A stretch of DNA of 46,819 bases from Puniceicoccales bacterium (GTDB lineage: Bacteria; Verrucomicrobiota; Verrucomicrobiia; Opitutales; LL51), in NCBI GenBank assembly GCA_031268005.1, contig JAIRYA010000064.1, forward strand, positions 1 through 46,819, read 5' to 3'. Shown piece by piece: positions 30,640-38,852 of the stretch (position 1 is its first letter; every line of letters begins with the position of its first letter). The notes beneath the pieces are model-generated. The model saw nothing but the letters and a program-made list of their open reading frames with translations. It was not told where the DNA came from and searched no databases. A program made the position numbers and the translations under genes.

Positions 30640-31131
30640 ATGACAGAAAATTTAGAATCCAAAGATGCATCCCCAGCCGAGACACCGGAAAAATTAGCCG
30701 ATAAACCCAAAGAATCGGTGCAGGATATTTTAAACGAGGGTGAAGCGACGGATGTCAAGATCCGTAGGGCAAAAAACAGTAAAAATGTTTCCCACGGTTT
30801 CTGTAGTATTTTAGCGACTTTTAATAATACGAAAGTTTGTTTTACGGATTTACAGGGCAATGTCATTTCTTGGTCCAGTTCCGGAAAGTGTAATTTTCGC
30901 GGTTCGAGGAAATCGACGGCCTATGCGGCACAAGTGGTAACCCAAGAGGCCGGGCGTGTGGCCCTTTCGCACGGACTTAAGGAAGTGGAAATTAAGGTAA
31001 AAGGTCCGGGAATGGGGCGCGATGCGGCAATTCGTGCGGTGCAATCTTTAGGGTTAGTGATCAATACAATCACGGATACGACTCCCGTTCCCCATAATGG
31101 TTGTCGTCCCCGTAAGCGTAGGAGAATATAA
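30640..31131 (+). CDS. rpsK: 30S ribosomal protein S11, with an acidic N-terminal extension
   Basis: ATFNNT.V.FTD..GN...WSS.G...F.GSRKST.YAAQ and D.TP.PHNGCRP.K.RR. 163 aa versus the usual ~130. Confidence 0.93.
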   Translation: MTENLESKDASPAETPEKLADKPKESVQDILNEGEATDVKIRRAKNSKNVSHGFCSILATFNNTKVCFTDLQGNVISWSSSGKCNFRGSRKSTAYAAQVVTQEAGRVALSHGLKEVEIKVKGPGMGRDAAIRAVQSLGLVINTITDTTPVPHNGCRPRKRRRI

Positions 31132-31150
31132 TTTTAAATTTTAAAAAACT

Positions 31151-31759
31151 ATGTCCCGTTATACAGGTCCAAAAGCTAGAGTTAATCGACGATTCAATTG
31201 TGAAATTTTTCCTTCTTGCAAGGCGATTGAGCGCAAACCTTATTTTCCTGGAATTCATGGTCCGCGTCTGCGGCGTAAGGTTTCGGAGTATGGCATCGGT
31301 CTCAACGAAAAGCAGAAGTTGCGTTTTATGTACGGTCTGACGGAAAAGCAGTTTCGTTTGACTTTTAATTTGGCGAAATCGAAGCGCGGTGTCACGAGTG
31401 AACAGTTTCTGCGCATGCTGGAGATGCGTTTGGACAGTGTGGTGTATCTTATCGGATTGGCGAGAACGCGCCGTGCGGCACGGCAATTTGTTTGCCACGG
31501 CCATGTTTTTGTGAATGATCAAAAGGTGGATATCCCAAGCTATCGCTGTGTGCCGGGTGACGTCGTTGGGGTTTGTGGACGAGATACTTCGAAGCGCTAT
31601 GCCACGCAGAGCGTTGACGATTGCCGCTACCGCATGGTTCCGACGTGGATAACATTTGATTCGGCTGCACTAAAGGGAAGGATTGAGCGGGAACCCATTG
31701 CCGAAGAATTGGAGCAAAAAATAAATGCCCAATTGATTGTGGAATTTTATAGTCGTTAA
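31151..31759 (+). CDS. rpsD: 30S ribosomal protein S4
   Basis: MSRYTGPK.R..RR, YG..E.QFR, and an S4 domain LE.RLD.VVY..G.A.TRR.ARQ.V.HGH..VN. Confidence 0.95.
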   Translation: MSRYTGPKARVNRRFNCEIFPSCKAIERKPYFPGIHGPRLRRKVSEYGIGLNEKQKLRFMYGLTEKQFRLTFNLAKSKRGVTSEQFLRMLEMRLDSVVYLIGLARTRRAARQFVCHGHVFVNDQKVDIPSYRCVPGDVVGVCGRDTSKRYATQSVDDCRYRMVPTWITFDSAALKGRIEREPIAEELEQKINAQLIVEFYSR

Positions 31760-31771
31760 AGGAAGATCATT

Positions 31772-32758
31772 ATGGTTAGACGTTTAGGAAAGTTTGAATT
31801 ACCTAGAAGAATGGTTCGCGTTGAAGAAACGGCGACGGGTACCTACGGAATGTTCGTTGCGGAACCATTTGAATCAGGTTTTGGCCAGAGCATTGGTAAT
31901 TCTCTTCGTAGAGTACTTTTGGGAGCGATAGAGGGAATTGCTATTTCTTCGCTAAAGATTGCAGGTGTGGCACACGAATTTCAGTCCATCCCGGGGGTCG
32001 TTGAAGACGTTGCCAATATTGTGCTCAATTTAAAAAAAGTTTTATTAAAATCCAGTTCCCGGGAGACAATAAAATTGACGGTTGATGTGGATCGTGAGGG
32101 AAAGGTTACGGCTGCGGATATTGCCAGTGAAATTCCCGTCGAAATTGTCAATCCGGATCAAATTATCTGTACCATTAATGAGGCACGCCATCTATTCATC
32201 GAAATGGAAGCGGAAGTTGGTCGCGGCTATGCCCTGGCCGATGATCGAAAATTTACCACGGATATTGGAACGATTCCCATTGATGCACTCTATAGTCCTG
32301 TGAAATTAGCGCGCTATTTCGTGGAAGATACGCGTGTGGGGCAAATGACCGATTTCGATAAATTGATCTTGGAAATTTGGACCGATGGTCGTGTTTCTCC
32401 TGAGAATGCTTTGAAGGATTCCATTACTATTTTGAAACGCCATCTGGATGTTTTTGATTCCATTAATAGTGAAATGGTTGAATTTGAAGACGGCGTTCGC
32501 GAGGCAAGTGATGAGCAAAATCGTCTGAGAACGCTGATGAATATGAGTGTCAACGAGATTGAGCTTTCGGTGCGTGCGGCTAATTGCCTGAACAATGCCA
32601 ATATTACGACCGTCGGGGAACTGGTTATGAAAGGCGAGGGAGAAATGTTGCGCTATCGCAATTTTGGAAAAAAATCTTTAACAGAGATTAAGAACAAACT
32701 AGAAGAACTGGGGCTATCTTTGGGAATGAAAGTAGACGAACACATGTTGAATTGTTAA
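31772..32758 (+). CDS. rpoA: DNA-directed RNA polymerase subunit alpha
   Basis: GNSLRRVLLG...G.AI. A C-terminal domain with IELSVRAANCLNNANI.TVGEL and RNFGKKSL.EIK..L. Confidence 0.96.
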   Translation: MVRRLGKFELPRRMVRVEETATGTYGMFVAEPFESGFGQSIGNSLRRVLLGAIEGIAISSLKIAGVAHEFQSIPGVVEDVANIVLNLKKVLLKSSSRETIKLTVDVDREGKVTAADIASEIPVEIVNPDQIICTINEARHLFIEMEAEVGRGYALADDRKFTTDIGTIPIDALYSPVKLARYFVEDTRVGQMTDFDKLILEIWTDGRVSPENALKDSITILKRHLDVFDSINSEMVEFEDGVREASDEQNRLRTLMNMSVNEIELSVRAANCLNNANITTVGELVMKGEGEMLRYRNFGKKSLTEIKNKLEELGLSLGMKVDEHMLNC

Positions 32759-32780
32759 TTTTTAGCGGGGAGAATATAAA

Positions 32781-33248
32781 ATGCGGCACGGAAAACATAA
32801 TCATATTTTGGGGGTAAAAAAAGAACATCGCCGGGCGTTGTTGGCGAATTTGGCAGCGGCACTCATTGAACATGGAAGGATTGAAACCACCTTGGCAAAG
32901 GCAAAGGCTTTAAGACCTTTTATCGAAAAAATTATAACATTGGCTAAAAAAGCTCATCAAACGGAAATTGTGGAACAAAAATTACATTTTCGTCGCCTGG
33001 CTATTGCGCGTGTGCGCGATGTTTATGCAATTCATAGGTTATTTGACGAGAAAGTGTCTGAGTTTTTGAAACGTGTGGGAGGGTATGTGCGCATCTATAA
33101 ATTGGTTCCAAGGCAGGGCGATGCCGCCAAAATGGCTATCATTGAATTCGTGGCCGCCGATGATACGGGTTATAAAAAATCAAGAAAAAAGAGAGCGAAG
33201 AGAGTGCAAAAGGCGCCCGTTGAAGAACTTGTAACTCAAGAAGCATAG
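32781..33248 (+). CDS. rplQ: 50S ribosomal protein L17
   Basis: MRHGK....LG....HRRALLANLA.ALI.HGRIETT..KAK.LRP..EK.ITLAK. Confidence 0.95.
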   Translation: MRHGKHNHILGVKKEHRRALLANLAAALIEHGRIETTLAKAKALRPFIEKIITLAKKAHQTEIVEQKLHFRRLAIARVRDVYAIHRLFDEKVSEFLKRVGGYVRIYKLVPRQGDAAKMAIIEFVAADDTGYKKSRKKRAKRVQKAPVEELVTQEA

Positions 33249-33307
33249 ATCTTGTGATCTATGAATGAAATTGGCTCTTTGGCATTGCGTTAGGAAACTT
33301 TCTTGGA

Positions 33308-34459
33308 ATGCAGACACGTAGGTGGGAACGTTTATTCGAGCGCGTTGATCATTTGGATCATGGCACGTTGGTGTCCCTAGTTAAAAAATTCTACCGTCAA
33401 AAGGAAATATTTGAAAAAGTTGTTGACGTCATTAGGGACGGTATCGTAATGCTTGAGTGTAGTGGTCGCGTTCTTTTGGCAAACAATAGCGCAGAAAAAA
33501 TACTCAATGTCCGTGGTCTGCGAAGTATGATTTTTTGGAAATGTGTCCCCGAATTACTTCACCAAATCGATCTCAATAAAATAAAAAAGCATGCCATTAG
33601 TGCGGAATTACATTTGACCTATCCCACGGAAAAATTTTTGAGATTTTATTCCGTGCCGTTTGTGAAAGATTCGGGAGGGCAAATTATTTGCGTGTTTTCC
33701 GATATTACCCAGTCCCTTCAGCAAAAGAAAAATGAAATTGAAGATGAAAAAATCAGTTCGATTCTACTCCTATCGGCGGGCGTAGCCCATGAAATCGGCA
33801 ATCCGCTCAATTCGCTCAATTTGCAATTGGAGTTGCTGCGCTCCCTTATTCGGGGAGAGAATTTACCGGAAATGTCGAAATCACTAACGATTTGTGAGCA
33901 AGAGGTAACGCGTTTACACGGTATCATCAAGAATTTTTTGCAGGCCGTGCGTCCCGTTGCTCCTAATTTTACGGATGCAAATCTACTAGAATTACTCAAT
34001 TTTATCATCAAATTTCTTACGCCGGAGTTGGATGATGCTGAAATTAAAGTTAGGGTGATTGTGGAGGGAGAAATTCCGGTTGTTTTAGCGGATGTCGACC
34101 AGATGAAGCAAGTGTTTTTTAATATCATTAAGAATGCGATGGAGGCAATGGAGCGAAGGAAACAACTGTTCATTTCGGTTTTAACGGATGATAATAGTGT
34201 GGTGCTGAAATTTACGGACAAGGGGACGGGTATTGCTCCGGAGTATATGGGGAAAATTTTTGAGCCCTTTTGCACCTCAAAGGAAAATGGTACCGGCCTG
34301 GGGATGTTTATCGTACAGCGCATTTTGAGGGATCATGGTGCCACCATCGCCGTTGCTTCCCAGGAAGGGTGCGGAACGACGATTACGATTAAATTTCCCA
34401 AAAAAATTCGTGGAACTAGAATGTTGAAAACGGAAAATGGCCATAAGTTGCTTCCCTGA
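33308..34459 (+). CDS. Soluble sensor histidine kinase (PAS - HisKA - HATPase_c), no adjacent response regulator
   Basis: H-box SAGVAHEIGNPLNSL, N-box FFNIIKNAMEAM, G1 DKGTGI, G2 GTGLGM. A PAS-like N-terminal half and no TM segment. Confidence 0.88.
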   Translation: MQTRRWERLFERVDHLDHGTLVSLVKKFYRQKEIFEKVVDVIRDGIVMLECSGRVLLANNSAEKILNVRGLRSMIFWKCVPELLHQIDLNKIKKHAISAELHLTYPTEKFLRFYSVPFVKDSGGQIICVFSDITQSLQQKKNEIEDEKISSILLLSAGVAHEIGNPLNSLNLQLELLRSLIRGENLPEMSKSLTICEQEVTRLHGIIKNFLQAVRPVAPNFTDANLLELLNFIIKFLTPELDDAEIKVRVIVEGEIPVVLADVDQMKQVFFNIIKNAMEAMERRKQLFISVLTDDNSVVLKFTDKGTGIAPEYMGKIFEPFCTSKENGTGLGMFIVQRILRDHGATIAVASQEGCGTTITIKFPKKIRGTRMLKTENGHKLLP

Positions 34460-34460
34460 A

Positions 34461-34670
34461 ATTCATGGACTCCTTGAATTCTTTCATCCAAAACCAGGGG
34501 AGAATTTCCCCTGATTTTGGCACGGAAGAAGAAATTTCTGTTTAAAAAAAGACTCCTTTTGCCCAATGCCTTCGCAATTTGCAAAGGCATTAAACTTATA
34601 AGAGGTCCAGGAGACGGATCTCCTGGCGGGGATCCTAAGGGCGAGTAGCTCTTAGAGAGCAGTTCTCTTA
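34461..34670 (+). repeat. Multi-hairpin intergenic repeat, copy A
   Basis: About 210 bp that aligns by eye at roughly 80-85% to 37629-37940. Hairpins at 34488-34520, 34565-34591, 34607-34626 and 34635-34655. Confidence 0.8.
34488..34520. terminator. Terminator-like hairpin inside repeat copy A, between convergent genes
   Basis: CCAAAACCAGGGGA-gaat-TTCCCCTGATTTTGG. An A-run and T-run at the stem base give a bidirectional-terminator geometry. There is one C-A mismatch. Confidence 0.4.
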
Positions 34671-36284
34671 TAATACCTGGGAAGAAAATTTTTTACCCAG
34701 TGCCAATCGATGAATTTTGGCATTGTGACGTGGATCGACGGGAAAGGATCTACAAAAAAAGAAATCGCGAATGGGTGCCGTCTTTGGAAAACATTGTGCC
34801 AAGTGTCTCAATTTCCGGCGCATTTTCCATTTTTCCCAAAAAAAGAAAGGATAGCAATCCGGTTTCGGAAGAATGGCAATGGCCGGACAAATTTTACCTT
34901 TCCTTTTGATACTGATAAGGGCAGCACGTTCGACGAAGGAATATTTGCAAAACAATGGTTCGATGCAATCGGGATAGTATTCTTCTCCATCCTCCGTGAC
35001 GATGCGTTCGGATTTCCGTCCGCAGAACCAGAGGCGTCCCTTTTCATCTAAAAATCCTAGATCACCCATCCGATGGCAAATTTTTCCATTTTGATGGATC
35101 TTTGCCAGAGCCGTTTTTTCGGGGAGTTGGTCGTATGCTTCTGTCACGTTGCCGCCGGAAACGGTAATTTCACCGATATAGCCCAGGGATAAAAGGTTGT
35201 GTTCATCCATACTTTCGACGATTCCGTCAACGGGGGTAATAATTTGAATTTCGATTCCTTCAACCGGAAAGCCGAGGCAGGTCCCCGCACCATTTTCCTG
35301 TAGGGGGCGGATCTCGCCTAAAATTTCCTCCGCCGAAATCGAACACACCGGTAAACATTCCGTGGCTCCGTAGGGTGTGAAAATTTTCGCACTTGGAGCG
35401 ATGTCTTGAATTTTTTCGAGAACGTTCGCCGTTGCCGAAACCCCCGCCAGAAAAATTTGTTCCAAATTGCGGATTTTTAGATCATTTTCCAAACAATAGT
35501 CGGCGATTTTATTCCACAAAATCGGTGCGCCGAAACTACTCCTTGCTCCCTGATTAAGCATCGTTTCGATGACACTGGGAGCGTGAAAATTTATGGGATG
35601 GGAAAAATCCATGTGGGGAATAATAGATGTCCGCCCAAATAGGGGATTAAATAGGGTAAAAATTGGCAAAAGTGTGACATCTCGAACATTGGATTCCAGT
35701 TGATAGGTGGACCGCAATTTGTGTAATTGATCCACGAAATTGCGCTGCTTATAGGCGACGCCTTTGGCAACTCCCGTCGATCCCGAAGTAAATAAAATCG
35801 CAACGGTATCTTCTGGATCGATATTTTGCACGGTTACGGTTGTCTTTTGAAGCCTTGCAAATGAGCGGCGAACGGCAATCACTTTTCCGTGAATATTTAT
35901 AATTCGACAAAAAATAAGTCCCCCTATGGCGGGTGTGCAAACGATGAAATCCGGTTTTGAAAAATTTCCCAGGCGAGTGAATTCCTTCAAACCGACGCCG
36001 GAATCGATTAAAATCGGGATCGCTCCCACGCGTATTAGTGCGAAAAAAGTACACATCATTTCCATGCCGGGATGTAAAAGCATGAGCACGCGCGAGCCTT
36101 GTGCTAGGCCATTTTTTAGAAATTCTACGGCATATTGATCGATGTGTCTGTCCAATTCTTTGAAATTTAGGCGGCGACAAATGGACGCATGCCCCATGAA
36201 ATTTGTTTTCATTTCGATAACCGCATCCACCGACGGCATCGTTTCTCCGTATTGTTTAATTACCCATGTGAGATTATCTCCCAT
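34668..36284 (-). CDS. Adenylate-forming enzyme (AMP-dependent synthetase/ligase superfamily), substrate unknown
   Basis: LFTSGSTGVAKG (A3), YGATE (A5), GDLGFLDEKGRLWFCGRKSERI (A8), and a terminal RHNAKIHR Lys motif. Confidence 0.85.
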   Translation of the reverse strand: MGDNLTWVIKQYGETMPSVDAVIEMKTNFMGHASICRRLNFKELDRHIDQYAVEFLKNGLAQGSRVLMLLHPGMEMMCTFFALIRVGAIPILIDSGVGLKEFTRLGNFSKPDFIVCTPAIGGLIFCRIINIHGKVIAVRRSFARLQKTTVTVQNIDPEDTVAILFTSGSTGVAKGVAYKQRNFVDQLHKLRSTYQLESNVRDVTLLPIFTLFNPLFGRTSIIPHMDFSHPINFHAPSVIETMLNQGARSSFGAPILWNKIADYCLENDLKIRNLEQIFLAGVSATANVLEKIQDIAPSAKIFTPYGATECLPVCSISAEEILGEIRPLQENGAGTCLGFPVEGIEIQIITPVDGIVESMDEHNLLSLGYIGEITVSGGNVTEAYDQLPEKTALAKIHQNGKICHRMGDLGFLDEKGRLWFCGRKSERIVTEDGEEYYPDCIEPLFCKYSFVERAALISIKRKGKICPAIAILPKPDCYPFFFWEKWKMRRKLRHLAQCFPKTAPIRDFFFCRSFPVDPRHNAKIHRLALGKKFSSQVL

Positions 36285-36285
36285 G

Positions 36286-37545
36286 CTATTTTTTTTCTCT
36301 CAAAGCCGATTCCCGTTCAAGAAGTGTCGGATGGGAGTAGTAAAATGCCGTAAAAAGAGGGTGAGGTGTTAAATTTGATAAATTTTCTCGGTGTAATTTT
36401 CTCAATCCCGAAATTAAAGGTTCCGGCTCTCCTAGAATTTTTAGAGCAAATTGATCCGCTTCGTACTCGTGCTTCCGCGATAGAAAATTTAATAGGGGTT
36501 CGATCCAAAAAGTTATGCCTGTAATCGCAATCGAAAAGATGAGAATGAGGGGAATGAGAGAGTATTCATAGGCAGCGTAAAAACCAAAACTTTCTAGAAA
36601 CCAATTGGTCAGCGAGAGATAGTATAGCATTCCAAAACCACAAAGTGTGCAAATCCCTTCGACGATGAGGTGGGTGCGAATGTGTTGGTGTTTGTAGTGG
36701 CCGATTTCGTGTGCCAGGGTTGCCGTAATTTCTTCGATGGTCATCTGTTGAATGAGCGTATCGTAGAGGACAATGTGACGAAATTTTCCAATTCCCGTAA
36801 AAAATGCATTGGAATGTGCCGAACGCTTACTGCCATCCATGGTGTAGATTTTATTGATGGGAAAATTTGTCAATTGGGCCAGTTCCAGGAGGCGATCTTT
36901 GAGTTCGCCGTCCCCTAGGGGTGTCAATTTGTTGAAAAGCGGCAAAATGAGTAGGGGGTAGATGACGATCATCACGGTTTGAAAAAACATGACCGTGGCC
37001 CATCCCCAAATCCACCAGGAGTTTGGAAATTTTTGAAATAAATACACGACCGCTGAGATGATCGGTAGGCCGAAAAGAAAACTGACGATGTAGCCCTTTA
37101 TCTTATCGGTCCAAAAAATTGTCTGCGTAGAACGATTGAATCCAAAATTTTTTTCCAGGTGAAATTGTCGCCACCAACCGAAAGGAATTGACAAAAAGGA
37201 TAGTAAAATATTGACGGTCACCAGCGTGGCCGCTTGGCCCCAGATTGTGAATCCGAAGTATTTGCTGAGAATTGAAAAGAGAAAGGGTAGGCAGCCCGAA
37301 CAGAGAAAAATAACATCCCAGAAAAAGGTCCAGCCATTGCAAATCGATGAAAATTTAGATTTGGAAAAGGTGTAGTCGATGCTCTTTTGGTAAGTGGGTA
37401 AATCAATAAATTGTTCAAATCCATGGGGAACTTGTTCCCGGTGCTTTAAAATGTGGCGGCTATTAATTTTGCTCAATATTTCTTCGATCAAAAATTTCAA
37501 TGACAAAAATAAAACGAATGTTTTCGTAACGGAATTGACCCACAT
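36286..37545 (-). CDS. Ste24-type zinc metalloprotease (peptidase M48A, CAAX prenyl protease 1-like architecture)
   Basis: A multi-TM N-terminal half, HEIGHYKHQH (HExxH), and a C-terminal YSHPTLLERESAL identical in pattern to the eukaryotic Ste24/ZMPSTE24 YSHPxLLER. Confidence 0.82.
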   Translation of the reverse strand: MWVNSVTKTFVLFLSLKFLIEEILSKINSRHILKHREQVPHGFEQFIDLPTYQKSIDYTFSKSKFSSICNGWTFFWDVIFLCSGCLPFLFSILSKYFGFTIWGQAATLVTVNILLSFLSIPFGWWRQFHLEKNFGFNRSTQTIFWTDKIKGYIVSFLFGLPIISAVVYLFQKFPNSWWIWGWATVMFFQTVMIVIYPLLILPLFNKLTPLGDGELKDRLLELAQLTNFPINKIYTMDGSKRSAHSNAFFTGIGKFRHIVLYDTLIQQMTIEEITATLAHEIGHYKHQHIRTHLIVEGICTLCGFGMLYYLSLTNWFLESFGFYAAYEYSLIPLILIFSIAITGITFWIEPLLNFLSRKHEYEADQFALKILGEPEPLISGLRKLHRENLSNLTPHPLFTAFYYSHPTLLERESALREKK

Positions 37546-37597
37546 AGGTCTCTAAATCTTTTAAAAAATACATTTTCGTCAACGCAAATTCCGAGTT

Positions 37598-37940
37598 TAC
37601 TTGAGGCTTTGCTCAAACTCCACAAGGAATCATGGACTCCTTGACTTCCTTCAGCCAAAAGCAGGGGAAATTTTCCCCTGCTTTTGGAACGGAGAAGGGA
37701 GTTTTGTTTGAAAAAAGACTCTTGTTGCTCAAAGAATTTTCCTAAAAAGAGATTCCCGCCCCGCGGCTTTGCCGCGGGGCCTTTGCTCAGAAAAAGAAAT
37801 CTTGTTTAAAAAAGACTCTTTTGCCCAATGGCTTTGCAATTTGCAAAGGCATTGGGGCTGGTAAAAGGTCCAGGAGATCGGTCTCCTGCGGGGATCCTAA
37901 GGGTGAGTAGCCCTTAGAACAGCCGCGGAGTTCTTGGAAA
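37598..37940 (+). repeat. Multi-hairpin intergenic repeat, copy B (expanded)
   Basis: It has the same module order as copy A plus an extra 5-prime module shared with copy C. It also has an internal duplication carrying a perfect GC hairpin at 37758-37780. Other hairpins lie at 37655-37687, 37827-37853, 37870-37888 and 37897-37917. Confidence 0.8.
37655..37687. terminator. Terminator-like hairpin inside repeat copy B
   Basis: CCAAAAGCAGGGGAAA-tt-TTCCCCTGCTTTTGG, a perfect ~15-bp stem. It lies downstream of the 299-aa gene on the minus strand. Confidence 0.4.
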
Positions 37941-37950
37941 TGATTTTTCC

Positions 37951-38850
37951 CTAGGATTGCACGGTATTTTTTTTGGGAACGTTGGGGTTTTGCGTTTCGG
38001 GGGATTTGGGTTTCCGCGCAGCTTTTAGGGTAGTTTTCATGGGATTGCCATCCGGTATGGCGTCGATAAATTTATCGAGTACGGCGAGATTGGCTCGCTT
38101 TTCTTTGTTGCTTTGATTTTTGTATTGCTCGATCGCTTTTTTTACATCCTGTTTTTTTAAAATGGTATTTTTAGGCGGTTCCTGAAGGTTTGCGCTATGG
38201 GTCATCGCAGTCTGTGCCATACCTGCAATTGCCATACTAGCCAGCGACTCGCCACCATTTTCCGTAAATTTTCCGGAAAGTGCCGTCAAATCGAGGTTCT
38301 TAAACATCGACATGAGCGACATAAATGCACGCATATTTTCCGGGGAAGCGGCTCTTTCTGCTTCTTCGTCATAGGCCTGTTTAATTTGGGAATCGCCGCC
38401 CGTTCGGTCCAAATAATCGAGGATGCCATCGCCGTCCGTATCGGTTGTTAGTATTTCTTCGAGGACGGCCTGGGTCGCTTCGCTAATGGGAGCATCATTT
38501 GTATCTAAATAATTCGGAATGCCGTCCTTATCGTCATCCCCGAGATCAATCTTTTCTCCAGGTTCTTCCGCTCCCTCATTGCCGTTTGTTAGGATTTCTT
38601 CCGCGGTTGTCATGCCATCGGAGGGAATATCGGAGAGATCCACGTCTTCGCTGGAAGGCATCGCACTGGGGGCCGTTTTTTCTAGGGGACTGCTATCCTC
38701 GACGGAGGTAAGTTCACAATGATCACTGGAAGCAAATTCACTGGAGGTGGAGTTGGAATCTCCGGACTCCATGTAAGTTTGGTAAACCTGCATCTTCTCA
38801 ATCATGTCTTTGGGGGAGGAACCATCAATACTTTCAATGGGATTGCTCAT
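37951..38850 (-). CDS. Acidic Ser/Asp/Glu-rich protein with two EF-hand/thrombospondin-type-3-like loops, a candidate secreted effector
   Basis: 299 aa. The N-terminal 60 aa are Ser-rich with no signal peptide. DDDKDGIPNYLD and DTDGDGILDYLD each follow an EEILT motif. The C-terminus is basic. The start lies 2 nt after the stop of the chaperone-like gene. Confidence 0.6.
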   Translation of the reverse strand: MSNPIESIDGSSPKDMIEKMQVYQTYMESGDSNSTSSEFASSDHCELTSVEDSSPLEKTAPSAMPSSEDVDLSDIPSDGMTTAEEILTNGNEGAEEPGEKIDLGDDDKDGIPNYLDTNDAPISEATQAVLEEILTTDTDGDGILDYLDRTGGDSQIKQAYDEEAERAASPENMRAFMSLMSMFKNLDLTALSGKFTENGGESLASMAIAGMAQTAMTHSANLQEPPKNTILKKQDVKKAIEQYKNQSNKEKRANLAVLDKFIDAIPDGNPMKTTLKAARKPKSPETQNPNVPKKNTVQS

Positions 38851-38852
38851 GA

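Noticed and set aside
33244-33263. The hairpin CATAGATC-ttgt-GATCTATG overlapping the rplQ stop, considered as a terminator.
   Set aside because: It is an AT-rich 8-bp stem with no following T-run, so it was not annotated as a terminator. It is mentioned only in the histidine kinase finding.
34461-37940. Whether the hairpin repeats are a CRISPR array or the ends of an IS or transposon.
   Set aside because: These are not short, regularly spaced direct repeats with unique spacers. There is no cas gene, transposase or integrase. The two long copies are direct rather than inverted, and no target-site duplication was seen.
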